Below are positions 40,006-53,785 of a stretch of 64,000 nucleotides of DNA, in pieces; position 1 is the stretch's first letter; every line of letters begins with the position of its first letter. A program made the position numbers and the translations under genes. The notes beneath the pieces were generated by a model that ran no database searches, was not told the origin of the DNA, and was given only the letters and a program-made list of their open reading frames with translations. The DNA is from Octopus vulgaris (lineage: Eukaryota): assembly GCA_951406725.2 (NCBI GenBank), contig OX597814.1, positions 108,190,001-108,254,000 of the forward strand, read 5' to 3'.

Positions 40006-40814
40006 ACACAATTTTTTTAAAAGGAAAGCTCAATGAAATTGATGAGCAAATTAAGGATCTGTAGATCAATAAAATTTGGAGTACAAAAAATTTTTTAAAA
40101 AACTTCTATCAGCAGAGAAATTTCCAGTGGGTTAAAGTGTGGTAGAAGAAAGATTGGCAAAATTGCTTTAGTTTGGGGCCTGAAGAATAAGTAAGTAGAA
40201 CTAACACCATTTTAATGCAAATTAGCCAAAACGAAGCCGAAATGAAATTTCTTCCAAAACACCAAATATATTTTGGCTAAATTACACACACAGACACACA
40301 CTTTCAACTTTAGATAATTTTGGACAATGTTCCATAAAGCTATTTCAAGATTCAAATTAAGTTGCCAAAAAAAAAAAAGAAAAAAGAAAAGAAAAGAAAA
40401 AGAAAGAAAGGAAAAAAAGAAGTATTAAGAACTGAACAGTTCTATGGAGGTGGGGAAAAGCCCTCACAACCCTAACCCTAATTTCTACCCTTTTATCAAA
40501 ATGTTTCCCTGCCCCTTCATATACACTGTTGTAAATTTCCTTTAATTCAATTATTGAGAGACAGGTTAGTCCAGTGCCAAGTAAAAGAAAAGGTTATTGA
40601 ACTTTATTTTTTGTCTTGAAAAGAAAATGGGAAATTTTGGAAACTTCTGAAGAACCCCAACTTCCACCTCCACCAATGAACAAAAGGAGTGTAAGAGGTG
40701 GGGGACTTGAGCCAAAATTAAATAATTAACCCTTTAGTATTCAGATTATTGTGTCGAATGTAATACTCTCTTTACTCTTGTTTCAGTCATTTAACTGTGG
40801 CCATGCTGGAGCAC

Positions 40815-41203
40815 TTTCTACTGGAAGGACAAGGCCTCAAATTTGGGGGAAGAGATTAAGTCGATTACGTCAACCCCAGTGTATAACTGGTACTTATTCA
40901 ATCGACCCTGAAAGGATGAATGGCAAAGTCAACATCAGTTGAACTCAGAATGTAGCGGCAGACGAAATACCTATTTCTTTACTGCCCACAAGGGGCTAAA
41001 CACAGAGAGGACAAACAAGGACAGACAAAGGGATTAAGTCAATTATATCGACACCAGTGCGTAACTGGTACTTATTTAATCGACCCCGAAAGGATGAAAG
41101 GCAAAGTCGACCATGGCGGAATTTGAACTCAGAACGTAACGGCAGACGAAATACTGGTGAGCATTTCGCTTGGCGTGCTAACGCTTCTGCCAGCTCACCG
41201 CTT
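40815..41203 (-). mobile_element. Family C SINE dimer
   Basis: Two central domains joined at gacgaaatac|ctatttc (40970/40971). Confidence 0.85.
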
Positions 41204-42392
41204 TATCCATTTAAATAATAATAATTGTCCTTAATATCAATTTCAGATTTTGACACAAGGCCAGCAATTTCAGAGGAGGGGGTAAGTTGATTACATTGAC
41301 CAAAGTGTGCAAAAGGTACTTATTTATCAATCCTGAAAGGACAAAATGATGTTGGACAACCAAGGAGGTGGAGGCGTCCTAGACCAACAGCTTGAAGGTT
41401 ATTGCTGCCAAACAGAAGATCTATGTGATCAGACAATGGTTGGGCCTCAACTAGCAAGTGAGCTGCAGCTGTGAAGACAGCCCATCATCAACCATGCATG
41501 TTGTATATATGTACACCACATGGTACCTGGTGTGGAGGCCAAGAGAGGCAATCTGATGGGTGGGTAGGAGGCCAATGTAGCCGACTGCCTTACTCACTGT
41601 CCAAGGCAATTTGTTGAGAGATGTGGGAAGCCGTGACAATGGAATGACAACGACGACAAGCTCTGCACCAAATTTACCATCTTTGTGCACACAGTAAAAA
41701 AAGAGAAGGAAGAACAAGACATTTGCCCCCTCCCCTTTCTTACTATCACTCCTCCCCCTCTCCATCTCATTTATGAACTACGGAGAAGAGTAAAGAGTAA
41801 AACCAAGATATCAAAAACAATGCTATGGGCCATCATTAATATCTTCATTTAATTTATTCACAGACCTTTCCATACAATAGCTCTATTATTATTATTATTA
41901 TTATTTAAAATGGTTTTTACATAATGCGAAAATAAATCCAAGAGAAATTCTATAAAAATTGAATTAGTAAAAAAATAAAATACAGTTTTGCCACTGGCAA
42001 TGATGACCTGCAATTAGTATTGATACTCTCTGTATCACACAAAATCAATAAATTAAACATAATCTCTACAAAAAGTGTCTTCTGTTACAGCTCCAAGCCA
42101 ACCAATGTCTTGTGAGTAAATATTGTAAACAGAAACTGTGTGGAAGCCCTTCATATATAATTTACGTTTCAAACACCAGTTCAATAATCCTTACTATAAA
42201 GCACAAGGCCTGAAATTTGAGGGGAGAGGGTAGGTCTGTAACATCAACCGCAATACTTGACTAGTACCCATTTTATCAACCCTGAAAGGATGAAAAACAA
42301 AGTCAACCATGGCAGAATTTGAACTCAGAATGTCAAGATGGACAACCTGTTGCATTTTGCCACCTTGCCACTTTACACCAGCGCAACCCTTG

Positions 42393-42621
42393 TAACCCTT
42401 TTGTTACCGTATTTATTTTGAGATGTTCTGTGTTTCTTTCAATTAATTTTAAATATAACAGAGAATTTAGTAAAATAACTTAGTTATCATTAAGCTAGTG
42501 TTAGGAACATAAATTGTGACTAAAGTTTGGTGGAAGATTTTAATTCAGAACTTTTGAAAACAAGACATTTGTACTACAAAGCCAGAGGCAGTATCAGGTG
42601 GGTTGGTAATGAAAGGCTTAA
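42393..42621. mobile_element. piggyBac-like MITE (second family)
   Basis: taacccttttgttacc ... ggtaatgaaaggcttaa. Fragments of the family also at about 20845-21180, 21770-21900, 23160-23350, 36141-36280 and 56719-58010. Confidence 0.65.
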
Positions 42622-44642
42622 TAAAGACATTGTTTTGTTATGTTTCAAAACTTGATTGAAACAAAGGTAGTTAACTCTGTATTTCCCCTGCCCTATTTCT
42701 ATTGGCATCCTGGTCGCTAACATGCCATTGTCCTTAATCACCATCCTTAATGAAGAGACAATGTCACAAGAGGGCACCCACTCACTGCCAATTGTCCTTG
42801 TTACGGATATTACTCAAAAGCTAATTAAAATAGACTCAACTTGACTGACAGTGACTGATCTATGGTGATATAATCATCATCATGTAATGTCTGTTTTTCC
42901 ATGCTGGCATGGGTTGGACGGTTTGACAGGAGCTGGCGAGTTAGAAGACTGCACCAAATTCTTATATCCATTTTGGCATGGTTTCTATGACTGGATTCCC
43001 TCCCTAATGCCAACCACTTTACAGAATGCACTGGGTGCTTTTTCATACAGCATATTTTTAATGGCTGATGTGTTAGATGTTAAGTTACTTATTTTTAATG
43101 GTTCATGTCATCATCATCATTGATTAACGTCCGCTTTCCATGCTAGCATGTGTTGGACGATTTGACTGAGGGCGGGCAAACCAGATGGCTGCACCAAGCT
43201 CCAATCTTGATCCGGCAGAGTTTCTACAGCTGGATGCCCTTCCTAACGCCAACCACTCAAAGAGTAGTGGGTGCTTTTTACGTGCCACCAGCAGGGGGCC
43301 AGTCAGGTGGTACTGGCAACGACCTTGCTCGAATCTTTTTACACATGCCACCGGCACAGATGCCAGTAAGGCGATGCTGGTAGCGATCATGCTCGAATGG
43401 TGCCTTTTATGTGCCACCAGCACGGAGGCCAGTTAGCCGCTCTAGCAACGATCATGCTCGGATGGTGCTCTTAGTACCCTACTAGCACGGGGCTTAAATG
43501 CCAAACATTTAATATATTAACACAAGATGCCTCATATTTTTAATGGTTAGTGCATTAAATGTTAAAAGTTACCAATAATTTTAACAGCCCATGTAGCAAA
43601 TGTTTCGAAGTTTCCTATTACCTTTAATGGCCTGTGTGTCTAAACATTACATCAAATACTCAACTTAAAATACAGGTATAGTACCATTTAATTATATTTC
43701 TTGGGTCAGTGGTTGGCTTTAAGATGGTCGTCAGGTGCTAAAAACACTGGCTGGATAATCCAAGAAATCTCAAAGCTAATAATGGATGCTGCTTTAATTA
43801 TGGCAGATTCATAAAATATAACATAATAATTATAGTGAAAGAGCTTGGAATTTTTTTCGACAACAACAACAACAATGATAATAATAATAGAGAAAAATCT
43901 TAGAGTTCTTTGCAGTATTTTCTTTACACTCAGTTAATGTGTGAATAGCTGTAACAAGCAACTGTGTAATTAGCCAGTTAGACAGGTACTTAACATCAGA
44001 TTAATTTTCATCTGTCTATTCTCAACCTGACAATCACAGCTTTCGTTTACAACAGCCTCGTTAAAAAAAACACCCACAAAAACAAACAAACAAGGTACTG
44101 GAATTTCGTTGGTTCGTTTATCTTTTATCCTGTATCTTTTACTTGTTTTCATTGGACTGTGGCCATGCTGGGGCATCCTCTTGAAGGGTTTCAGTCAAAC
44201 AAATCAATCTAGTTTTTGTCTTTTTTGGGGATTTTTTTTTTTTTTGAAGTCTGGTAATTATTTTATTGGTCTCTTTTGCCACACCGCTAAGTTACAGGGA
44301 TGTAAACAAACAAATACCAATTGTCAAATGATTGAGAAACAGGCTCACTCAATGAGCTTCCTCACAGTTTCCGCCAACCAAATTCACTCACAAGGCTTGA
44401 AGACACTTGCAAAGGTGCTGTGCAGTGAGACGGAACTTGAAGCCCTGTGGTTACAAAGCAAGTGTCTTAACCACACAGCCATGCCTGCACCTATATATTT
44501 TAATTTCATTTTATTCACATCAACTGGTTTATATTTAGCAATTTGTTTTACACAAAGAAAAAAAATAGTGTTTGTTAAATGGATGCATTTAGGACATTGT
44601 CAAGAAGCTTATCTCTAGAAATGTCAGTGTTGATTACATCAA

Positions 44643-45020
44643 CAGGCACAGGTATGGCTGTGTGGCATGAAGCTTGCTTCCCAACCACATGGTTCTGGGT
44701 TCAGTCCCACTGTGTGGCACCTTTGGCAAGTGTCTTTTACTATATCCTTGGGTCGACCAAAGTCTTGTGGATGAATTGGAAGATGGAAACTGAAAGAAGC
44801 CCATCATGTGTGTGTGTATGTTTGTGTCTGCCCCCCCCCCCATTACTTGACAACCGATGTTGGCATGTTTATGTCTCCTTTAACTTAGCAGTTCGGCAAA
44901 AGATACCGATAAAATAATAAATACTAGGCTTACAAAGAACAAACCTAGGGTCGATTTGTTTGACTAAAGGCGGTGCTTCAGCATGGCTGCAGTCAAATGA
45001 CTGAAACAAGTAAAAGAATA
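44643..45020 (+). mobile_element. tRNA-derived SINE, head B + tail D
   Basis: As 8335-8704. Confidence 0.88.
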
Positions 45021-45991
45021 CAAGTAAAATAAATTTATTACAGTTGAAATATCTGAAAAGCATTCAAGCTGAACGACCTTCTGATATATTCTTCAATGGT
45101 GACAACGACTGAGCTTTAATTTGGAATTGTCAACCAGCTGATCATCACCAATATCGGGTTAATGTCCAGGTGTCCATGCTTGCATGGTTTGGTGGAATTT
45201 GGAGAGGCAGATTCTTTTCTATGGTTGAATGCCCTTCCTGTCACCAACCCTCACTTGTTTCCAAGCAGAGTAATGTCCCACCGTGACTGGACAAGCTTTC
45301 AGGGAAAATTGGAAGTGAAACAGCACTACTTGTGTGAGTGATGCTCATAATTGTTGCATAACAGGGAAGATAAGGAAACACACACACATGTCAATAGGAC
45401 AGCCTGTTTGTGAAATTAATGTGCGAGTAGCTGAGCACTCCACAGACATGCACACCCTAAACGTAGTTCTCAGAGAGATTCAGTGTGACGCAGAATACGA
45501 TAAGGCTGACCCTTTGTATTACAGGTACAATATTTTTGCCAGCTGAGTGGACAAGAGCGTGAAATAAAGGGTCTTGCTCAAGGACACAACATGCTGCCAG
45601 GAATTGAACTCGTGACCTTACGATCATCAGCTGGATATCCTAACCATTAAGCCACACACACAAGTTTCTTTCAGTTTCCATTTACCAAATCCACTCGTAA
45701 GGTTTTGATTGACCTAGGGCTATAGTGGAAGACACTAGTCCAAGGTGCCGTCTAGTAGGACTGAACCTAGATTCATGCAGTTGAGAAGGTGTCAGCATGA
45801 GGAAGATTGACAAAGTCATAAAAATACATTTCACCACAAGTCTGCTCAATTGGAGATGACTTGGGATTCAACAACAACAAGAGTCAATAAGTGAAACTAT
45901 GTAGTCACTTAACTTGCTAGAAGTAGTAGCAAAATCTCCCTCAAATGAAATCCCTTTCTTTTTAAAAGAAAAGGAAACATTTGAGAATATA

Positions 45992-46428
45992 CTTTTCTAC
46001 ACTAGGTACAAGGCCCGAAATTTTGGGGGAGGGGGAACAATCGATTAGATCAACCCAATATGCAACTGGTACTCAATTTATTGACCCCAAAAGGATGAAA
46101 GGCAAAGTCAACCTCAGCAAAATTTGAACTCAGAACATAATGGTAGACGAAATACCATTAAGCATTTCACCCAGCATGCTAACGTTTCTGCCAGCTTGCC
46201 GCCTTCTAAAAATAATCCTTTTCTACTCTAGGCACAAGGCCCAAAATTTTGGGGGAGGGGGCCAGCCGATTAGATCGACCCCAGTATGTAACTGGTACTT
46301 AGTTTATCGACCCTGAAAGGATGAAAGGCAAAGTCGACCTCAGAGGAATTTTAACTCAGAACATAACGGCAGACGAAATACCACTAAGCATTTCGCCCGG
46401 CACGCTAACGTTTCTGCCAGCTTGCTGC
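45992..46428 (-). mobile_element. Two tandem family C SINEs
   Basis: Two near-complete copies head to tail. Confidence 0.88.
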
Positions 46429-46689
46429 CATATTTGTGAATATAGTCCAAGGTAAATAATGGCTGAGTACAAAAAAGAAAAGAGAAAGACAAAAAAAACA
46501 AAAAAAAACAGGATGGTCACTGCTGAAACCTCTTTGCTCAATAAGAGCTTAACTGATTTTGAACAGAGGAAATATGGAGCTGATCGGAGAAGGAAATGAT
46601 GATTTTTAGTAACAAAAGACTCCCTACAGAATTGCTGAAGACCCTTTGACAACACCAAAACTGACCCTTACATCAACAGACTACACGTT

Positions 46690-46985
46690 CAACTATAGAA
46701 TTGATTGCTCAACCAGAACTGATCTGGAGTTACCTTGCTGCATTACAGGGCAGACTGCTCAGACAAATACCTCAGGGACACCTTGCTCTGCCCAAGAACT
46801 GACTGCTTAACTTGAACTATCTTGGGCTCATCTTGCTGTATCATACGGTTGATTGCTCAGAGTGAAACACCTTGGGGTCACCTTGCTCTACCATAGAAAT
46901 GACTGCTCAGCTGAAGCGACCCAAGGCCCACCTTGCTGCTGTGCCACAGGACTGACTGCTCAGTCAGAGCTAACCTGGGGCTAAC
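46690..46985. repeat. Degenerate minisatellite, period about 49 bp, about 6 units
   Basis: Recurrent (t/c)tga(c/t)tgctca...accttgct at about 46701, 46751, 46799, 46849, 46899 and 46952. Confidence 0.75.
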
Positions 46986-47864
46986 CTGAGGTAGGGGTGG
47001 GTCATTGTGCAGCACTATAAGACTGATGGCAAGCTCCACGACACCAACAACTACCCCACCCCACCCCTCTCCATTCCTAACATTCTACTGCATCATCTCA
47101 GACTTACACAGCAGAATTCTTGCTAATAACCAGAACAATCTTCTCAAGAGATGATGATGCTGCTGCTGCTGGCATCGTCTTGAATTACTATCACATCTGG
47201 GAAATTTCACCTCTTCCAATGGAGGTTTTGGAAAGAACTTTGGCCAAATTTTCTCTCTCTCTCACCAATAACACCTCTGGTAGGTTTTTCATTAAATCAC
47301 CAATTCCACTAATATCATGTTCATAAACACACACACAACACATATACATACATTACTGTTTTAACATATATACTATTGTTTTATCATGCTTTTTGGAATG
47401 ACTGTTTTTTCAGATTGGCACCACCCCTGCCTCTGAGTGGAACTTGTCCATATGTATGTATATTTATCTATCTAGGGTAAAATTTCCAAGATCTTTGTCT
47501 TTGTCCCTCATCATCGCTACCATGTCCTGTGTCTCCCAGAGACCAGCATCTGTGCATGGGCAGTCTAATAAACAAATATGAGGTTGCCTCGATGTCTCTA
47601 TGACAGGATATTCGTCCAACACTTGGGATAATCACAGTGGCAATTGAAAACCAAACCTAGGATATATATATATATATATATATACATATATATGTAGGTA
47701 TGGTGACGCAAACAGGAAAAATAGAACTCAAAATATGAGTATGCGTATATTTTTGTTCATATTTAGCAGAAGCAACAGAGTAACTCAAGGGCCAAGAGTT
47801 TGGTAAGTGCCAACACACGAAACTCTCAGACCTTGAGTCACTCTTGCTCCTGCTAAATATTAAT

Positions 47865-47903
47865 ACATACACACACATGCACATATATATGTGTGTGTGT
47901 ATG

Positions 47904-47934
<31 letters not shown>

Positions 47935-48026
47935 ATATATATGTGTGTGTGTGTATATATATTATATTATATATATATATATGTGTGTGTATACATATTA
48001 TATATGTGTGTGTGTGTGTATATATA

Positions 48027-48058
<32 letters not shown>
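47865..48058. repeat. (TA/TG)n microsatellite abutting the tandem array
   Basis: Direct inspection. Confidence 0.95.
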
Positions 48059-48059
<1 letters not shown>

Positions 48060-51000
48060 TAAGGTATGTAGAAAAATACAACATGGACAAGAACGTATAA
48101 CTCTTAGAAGACGACACAATAAACACGGACAGGACATTCGAAACCCCCAGTCCTCAGTCAAGAACCGGATCATCGTAGCAACCTCGGCTGATCAATCCCG
48201 AGATTACTAGATCACGGCCAGCCCTCCAAGAAAAACCAAGCAACGAGCATTAGAAAAACTAAGCTGGAAGCGTAGATTTCCTGGAAGAAGGATCGAATGC
48301 ATACGAACACCAGGACAGCAAAAGGGACAGATATAAAAAAACAAAAAACAATAATGGAATACAGAAACATGAAATACAGAAGCATTAACAGTGAAAACAA
48401 CAGTGTCTTACGACTGATAACAAGCAAACAAATTTTTCTCTGGCGCAATGGAAAAAGCCTTTATAGTGGCGGACGAAAACAGCGATGTTAACAGAACGAG
48501 GGTCAGAAGCTGAAAGGCAGATTTCGGCCAACAGTCACGTGACAGAGAAGAGGGAAAAGAAAAGAAAGAGAAGCAAAGGAAGAGAGAGAGAGAGGAGGGA
48601 CAAACGCAACAAAGAGAGAGAAGAGAGAGAAAGAAGGAATCAGAGAGGAGAAGGGATGGGTGTCGAAGAATGACCTGTGAGTGCAGAGCGAGACAAAGAA
48701 ATAGGAGGGTAGTTGAAGACTAGACCAAAGAATCAGAGGAAAGAGAAGAGAAAAAGAGGATGAGTAGAGAGAAAAGAGAGAGAGGGGGACAGATCAAGTA
48801 AAAATGAGAGAGAGAGAGAGACAAACAGAGAGTCGTACCAATTATTAAGAATATGTGCTCACATAAATGTTAAGGGGGGTACGGGGCGCCTGGAATATAT
48901 GTTAAGGTATGTAGAAAAATACAACATGGACAAGAACGTATAACTCTTAGAAGACGACACAATAAACACGGACAGGACATTCGAAACCCCCAGTCCTCAG
49001 TCAAGAACCGGATCATCGTAGCAACCTCGGCTGATCAATCCCGAGATTACTAGATCACGGCCAGCCCTCCAAGAAAAACCAAGCAACGAGCATTAGAAAA
49101 ACTAAGCTGGAAGCGTAGATTTCCTGGAAGAAGGATCGAATGCATACGAACACCAGGACAGCAAAAGGGACAGATATAAAAAAACAAAAAACAATAATGG
49201 AATACAGAAACATGAAATACAGAAGCATTAACGGTGAAAACAACAGTGTCTTACGACTGATAACAAGCAAACAAATTTTTTCTCTGGCGCAATGGAAAAA
49301 GCCTTTATAGTGGCGGACGAAAACAGCGATGTTAACAGAACGAGGGTCAGAAGCTGAAAGGCAGATTTCGGCCAACAGTCACGTGACAGAGAAGAGGGAA
49401 AAGAAAAGAAAGAGAAGCAAAGGAAGAGAGAGAGAGAGGAGGGACAAACGCAACAAAGAGAGAGAAGAGAGAGAAAGAAGGAATCAGAGAGGAGAAGGGA
49501 TGGGTGTCGAAGAATGACCTGTGAGTGCAGAGCGAGACAAAGAAATAGGAGGGTAGTTGAAGACTAGACCAAAGAATCAGAGGAAAGAGAAGAGAAAAAG
49601 AGGATGAGTAGAGAGAAAAGAGAGAGAGGGGGACAGATCAAGTAAAAATGAGAGAGAGAGAGAGACAAACAGAGAGTCGTACCAATTATTAAGAATATGT
49701 GCTCACATAAATGTTAAGGGGGGTACGGGGCGCCTGGAATATATGTTAAGGTATGTAGAAAAATACAACATGGACAAGAACGTATAACTCTTAGAAGACG
49801 ACACAATAAACACGGACAGGACATTCGAAACCCCCAGTCCTCAGTCAAGAACCGGATCATCGTAGCAACCTCGGCTGATCAATCCCGAGATTACTAGATC
49901 ACGGCCAGCCCTCCAAGAAAAACCAAGCAACGAGCATTAGAAAAACTAAGCTGGAAGCGTAGATTTCCTGGAAGAAGGATCGAATGCATACGAACACCAG
50001 GACAGCAAAAGGGACAGATATAAAAAAACAAAAAACAATAATGGAATACAGAAACATGAAATACAGAAGCATTAACAGTGAAAACAACAGTGTCTTACGA
50101 CTGATAACAAGCAAACAAATTTTTCTCTGGCGCAATGGAAAAAGCCTTTATAGTGGCGGACGAAAACAGCGATGTTAACAGAACGAGGGTCAGAAGCTGA
50201 AAGGCAGATTTCGGCCAACAGTCACGTGACAGAGAAGAGGGAAAAGAAAAGAAAGAGAAGCAAAGGAAGAGAGAGAGAGAGGAGGGACAAACGCAACAAA
50301 GAGAGAGAAGAGAGAGAAAGAAGGAATCAGAGAGGAGAAGGGATGGGTGTCGAAGAATGACCTGTGAGTGCAGAGCGAGACAAAGAAATAGGAGGGTAGT
50401 TGAAGACTAGACCAAAGAATCAGAGGAAAGAGAAGAGAAAAAGAGGATGAGTAGAGAGAAAAGAGAGAGAGGGGGACAGATCAAGTAAAAATGAGAGAGA
50501 GAGAGAGACAAACAGAGAGTCGTACCAATTATTAAGAATATGTGCTCACATAAATGTTAAGGGGGGTACGGGGCGCCTGGAATATATGTTAAGGTATGTA
50601 GAAAAATACAACATGGACAAGAACGTATAACTCTTAGAAGACGACACAATAAACACGGACAGGACATTCGAAACCCCCAGTCCTCAGTCAAGAACCGGAT
50701 CATCGTAGCAACCTCGGCTGATCAATCCCGAGATTACTAGATCACGGCCAGCCCTCCAAGAAAAACCAAGCAACGAGCATTAGAAAAACTAAGCTGGAAG
50801 CGTAGATTTCCTGGAAGAAGGATCGAATGCATACGAACACCAGGACAGCAAAAGGGACAGATATAAAAAAACAAAAAACAATAATGGAATACAGAAACAT
50901 GAAATACAGAAGCATTAACGGTGAAAACAACAGTGTCTTACGACTGATAACAAGCAAACAAATTTTTTCTCTGGCGCAATGGAAAAAGCCTTTATAGTGG

Positions 51001-52795
51001 CGGACGAAAACAGCGATGTTAACAGAACGAGGGTCAGAAGCTGAAAGGCAGATTTCGGCCAACAGTCACGTGACAGAGAAGAGGGAAAAGAAAAGAAAGA
51101 GAAGCAAAGGAAGAGAGAGAGAGAGGAGGGACAAACGCAACAAAGAGAGAGAAGAGAGAGAAAGAAGGAATCAGAGAGGAGAAGGGATGGGTGTCGAAGA
51201 ATGACCTGTGAGTGCAGAGCGAGACAAAGAAATAGGAGGGTAGTTGAAGACTAGACCAAAGAATCAGAGGAAAGAGAAGAGAAAAAGAGGATGAGTAGAG
51301 AGAAAAGAGAGAGAGGGGGACAGATCAAGTAAAAATGAGAGAGAGAGAGAGACAAACAGAGAGTCGTACCAATTATTAAGAATATGTGCTCACATAAATG
51401 TTAAGGGGGGTACGGGGCGCCTGGAATATATGTTAAGGTATGTAGAAAAATACAACATGGACAAGAACGTATAACTCTTAGAAGACGACACAATAAACAC
51501 GGACAGGACATTCGAAACCCCAGTCCTCAGTCAAGAACCGGATCATCGTAGCAACCTCGGCTGATCAATCCCGAGATTACTAGATCACGGCCAGCCCTCC
51601 AAGAAAAACCAAGCAACGAGCATTAGAAAAACTAAGCTGGAAGCGTAGATTTCCTGGAAGAAGGATCGAATGCATACGAACACCAGGACAGCAAAAGGGA
51701 CAGATATAAAAAAACAAAAAACAATAATGGAATACAGAAACATGAAATACAGAAGCATTAACGGTGAAAACAACAGTGTCTTACGACTGATAACAAGCAA
51801 ACAAATTTTTTCTCTGGCGCAATGGAAAAAGCCTTTATAGTGGCGGACGAAAACAGCGATGTTAACAGAACGAGGGTCAGAAGCTGAAAGGCAGATTTCG
51901 GCCAACAGTCACGTGACAGAGAAGAGGGAAAAGAAAAGAAAGAGAAGCAAAGGAAGAGAGAGAGAGAGGAGGGACAAACGCAACAAAGAGAGAGAAGAGA
52001 GAGAAAGAAGGAATCAGAGAGGAGAAGGGATGGGTGTCGAAGAATGACCTGTGAGTGCAGAGCGAGACAAAGAAATAGGAGGGTAGTTGAAGACTAGACC
52101 AAAGAATCAGAGGAAAGAGAAGAGAAAAAGAGGATGAGTAGAGAGAAAAGAGAGAGAGGGGGACAGATCAAGTAAAAATGAGAGAGAGAGAGAGACAAAC
52201 AGAGAGTCGTACCAATTATTAAGAATATGTGCTCACATAAATGTTAAGGGGGGTACGGGGCGCCTGGAATATATGTTAAGGTATGTAGAAAAATACAACA
52301 TGGACAAGAACGTATAACTCTTAGAAGACGACACAATAAACACGGACAGGACATTCGAAACCCCCAGTCCTCAGTCAAGAACCGGATCATCGTAGCAACC
52401 TCGGCTGATCAATCCCGAGATTACTAGATCACGGCCAGCCCTCCAAGAAAAACCAAGCAACGAGCATTAGAAAAACTAAGCTGGAAGCGTAGATTTCCTG
52501 GAAGAAGGATCGAATGCATACGAACACCAGGACAGCAAAAGGGACAGATATAAAAAAACAAAAAACAATAATGGAATACAGAAACATGAAATACAGAAGC
52601 ATTAACGGTGAAAACAACAGTGTCTTACGACTGATAACAAGCAAACAAATTTTTTCTCTGGCGCAATGGAAAAAGCCTTTATAGTGGCGGACGAAAACAG
52701 CGATGTTAACAGAACGAGGGTCAGAAGCTGAAAGGCAGATTTCGGCCAACAGTCACGTGACAGAGAAGAGGGAAAAGAAAAGAAAGAGAAGCAAA
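48059..52795. repeat. Near-perfect tandem array, 843/844-bp unit x about 5.6
   Basis: Unit starts (ttaaggtatgtag) at 48059, 48902, 49746, 50589, 51433 and 52276. The last unit is truncated after 520 bp. Confidence 0.98.
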
Positions 52796-52808
52796 ATATA
52801 CATACATA

Positions 52809-53785
52809 CTAGCTTAAAAGCCGCCCTGTTGGGCATATATAGCTTTTAAGCAACTGACCATGAATGGGAAGAACTGCAAACAGATCTCTGACTTGTTCTG
52901 GAGAATTTGTTGCAATTCCTTCCTCCAGAGTTATATCCCAATGATGATCATATTTGTCGCAAAAAAAATCATGTTAGAAAAAAATAAATAAAAAACAAAT
53001 AGCCAAAAACAATTGCAATAATGAAAACATAGGAATCCAAAATTTCAGGATTGCAAGTCTGGATTCGATCCAGAATGTTTTTAATTTACTCCTGGAGTTC
53101 GTCTTTAGATTATAAAAAATTGGTATTGTACAAAAATATTTGTTGCAAAAAATCCCGTTAAAAAAACAACAAAAAACAAATTGCCGTAAACAGTCACAGT
53201 AATGAAAACTTGGGAATCCCAAATTTCACAATTGCAGGTCTGGAATGTTTTTAATTTACTCACGGAGTCAGCCTGATTCCAAAATGGTATGATATGTTGG
53301 GCTACAGCCTCTAGGAGTAAAGTTGAAAAAGTGTGACACACTGACATTCACATTTAACATAAGTTATAGTAAGACGGTGAGCTGGCAGAATCATTACCAT
53401 GCCAGGCAAAATGCTTAGTGGTATTTCGTCTGCCGCTATGTTCTGAGTTCAAATTCCGCCGAGGTTTGACTTTGGCTTTCATCCTTTCGGGGTCGATTAA
53501 ATAAGTACCAGTTACGCACTGGGGTCGATGTAATCAACTTAATCAGTTTGTCTGTCCCCTCTGTGTTTAGCCCCTTGTGGGTAGTAAAGAAATAGGTATT
53601 TCGTCCGACGTTAGGTTTTGAGTTCAAATTCAGGGTTGATGAAATTAGTACCAGTTATGTACTGGGGGTCGATTTAATCAACTTAATCCCTTCCCCCAAA
53701 ATTTGAGGCCTTGTGCCTCAAGTAGAAAGGATTTATTAAAGTTGAAAAAGTGTGACACACTAACATTCACATTTATTATATCAGA
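52809..53785 (-). mobile_element. Non-autonomous Helitron with a duplicated 5' end, containing a SINE dimer
   Basis: Minus strand: A|TCtgatataataaatgtgaatg at 53785; 3' hairpin gccc-aaca-gggc about 10 nt before CTAG|T at 52809; internal direct repeat (about 52950-53090 / 53137-53260). Confidence 0.7.
53373..53733 (+). mobile_element. Family C SINE dimer
   Basis: Junction aaagaaatag|gtatttcgtc at 53595/53596. Confidence 0.85.

Noticed and set aside
48130-48160. Minus-strand CTGAGGA...CGAA in the array unit as a hammerhead
   Set aside because: No stem II or stem I pairing, and GAAA is incomplete.
48059-52795. Array as CRISPR, rDNA or a tandem gene family
   Set aside because: No unique spacers, no rRNA or snRNA similarity recognised, and the ORFs are short, low-complexity and broken by the unit indels.
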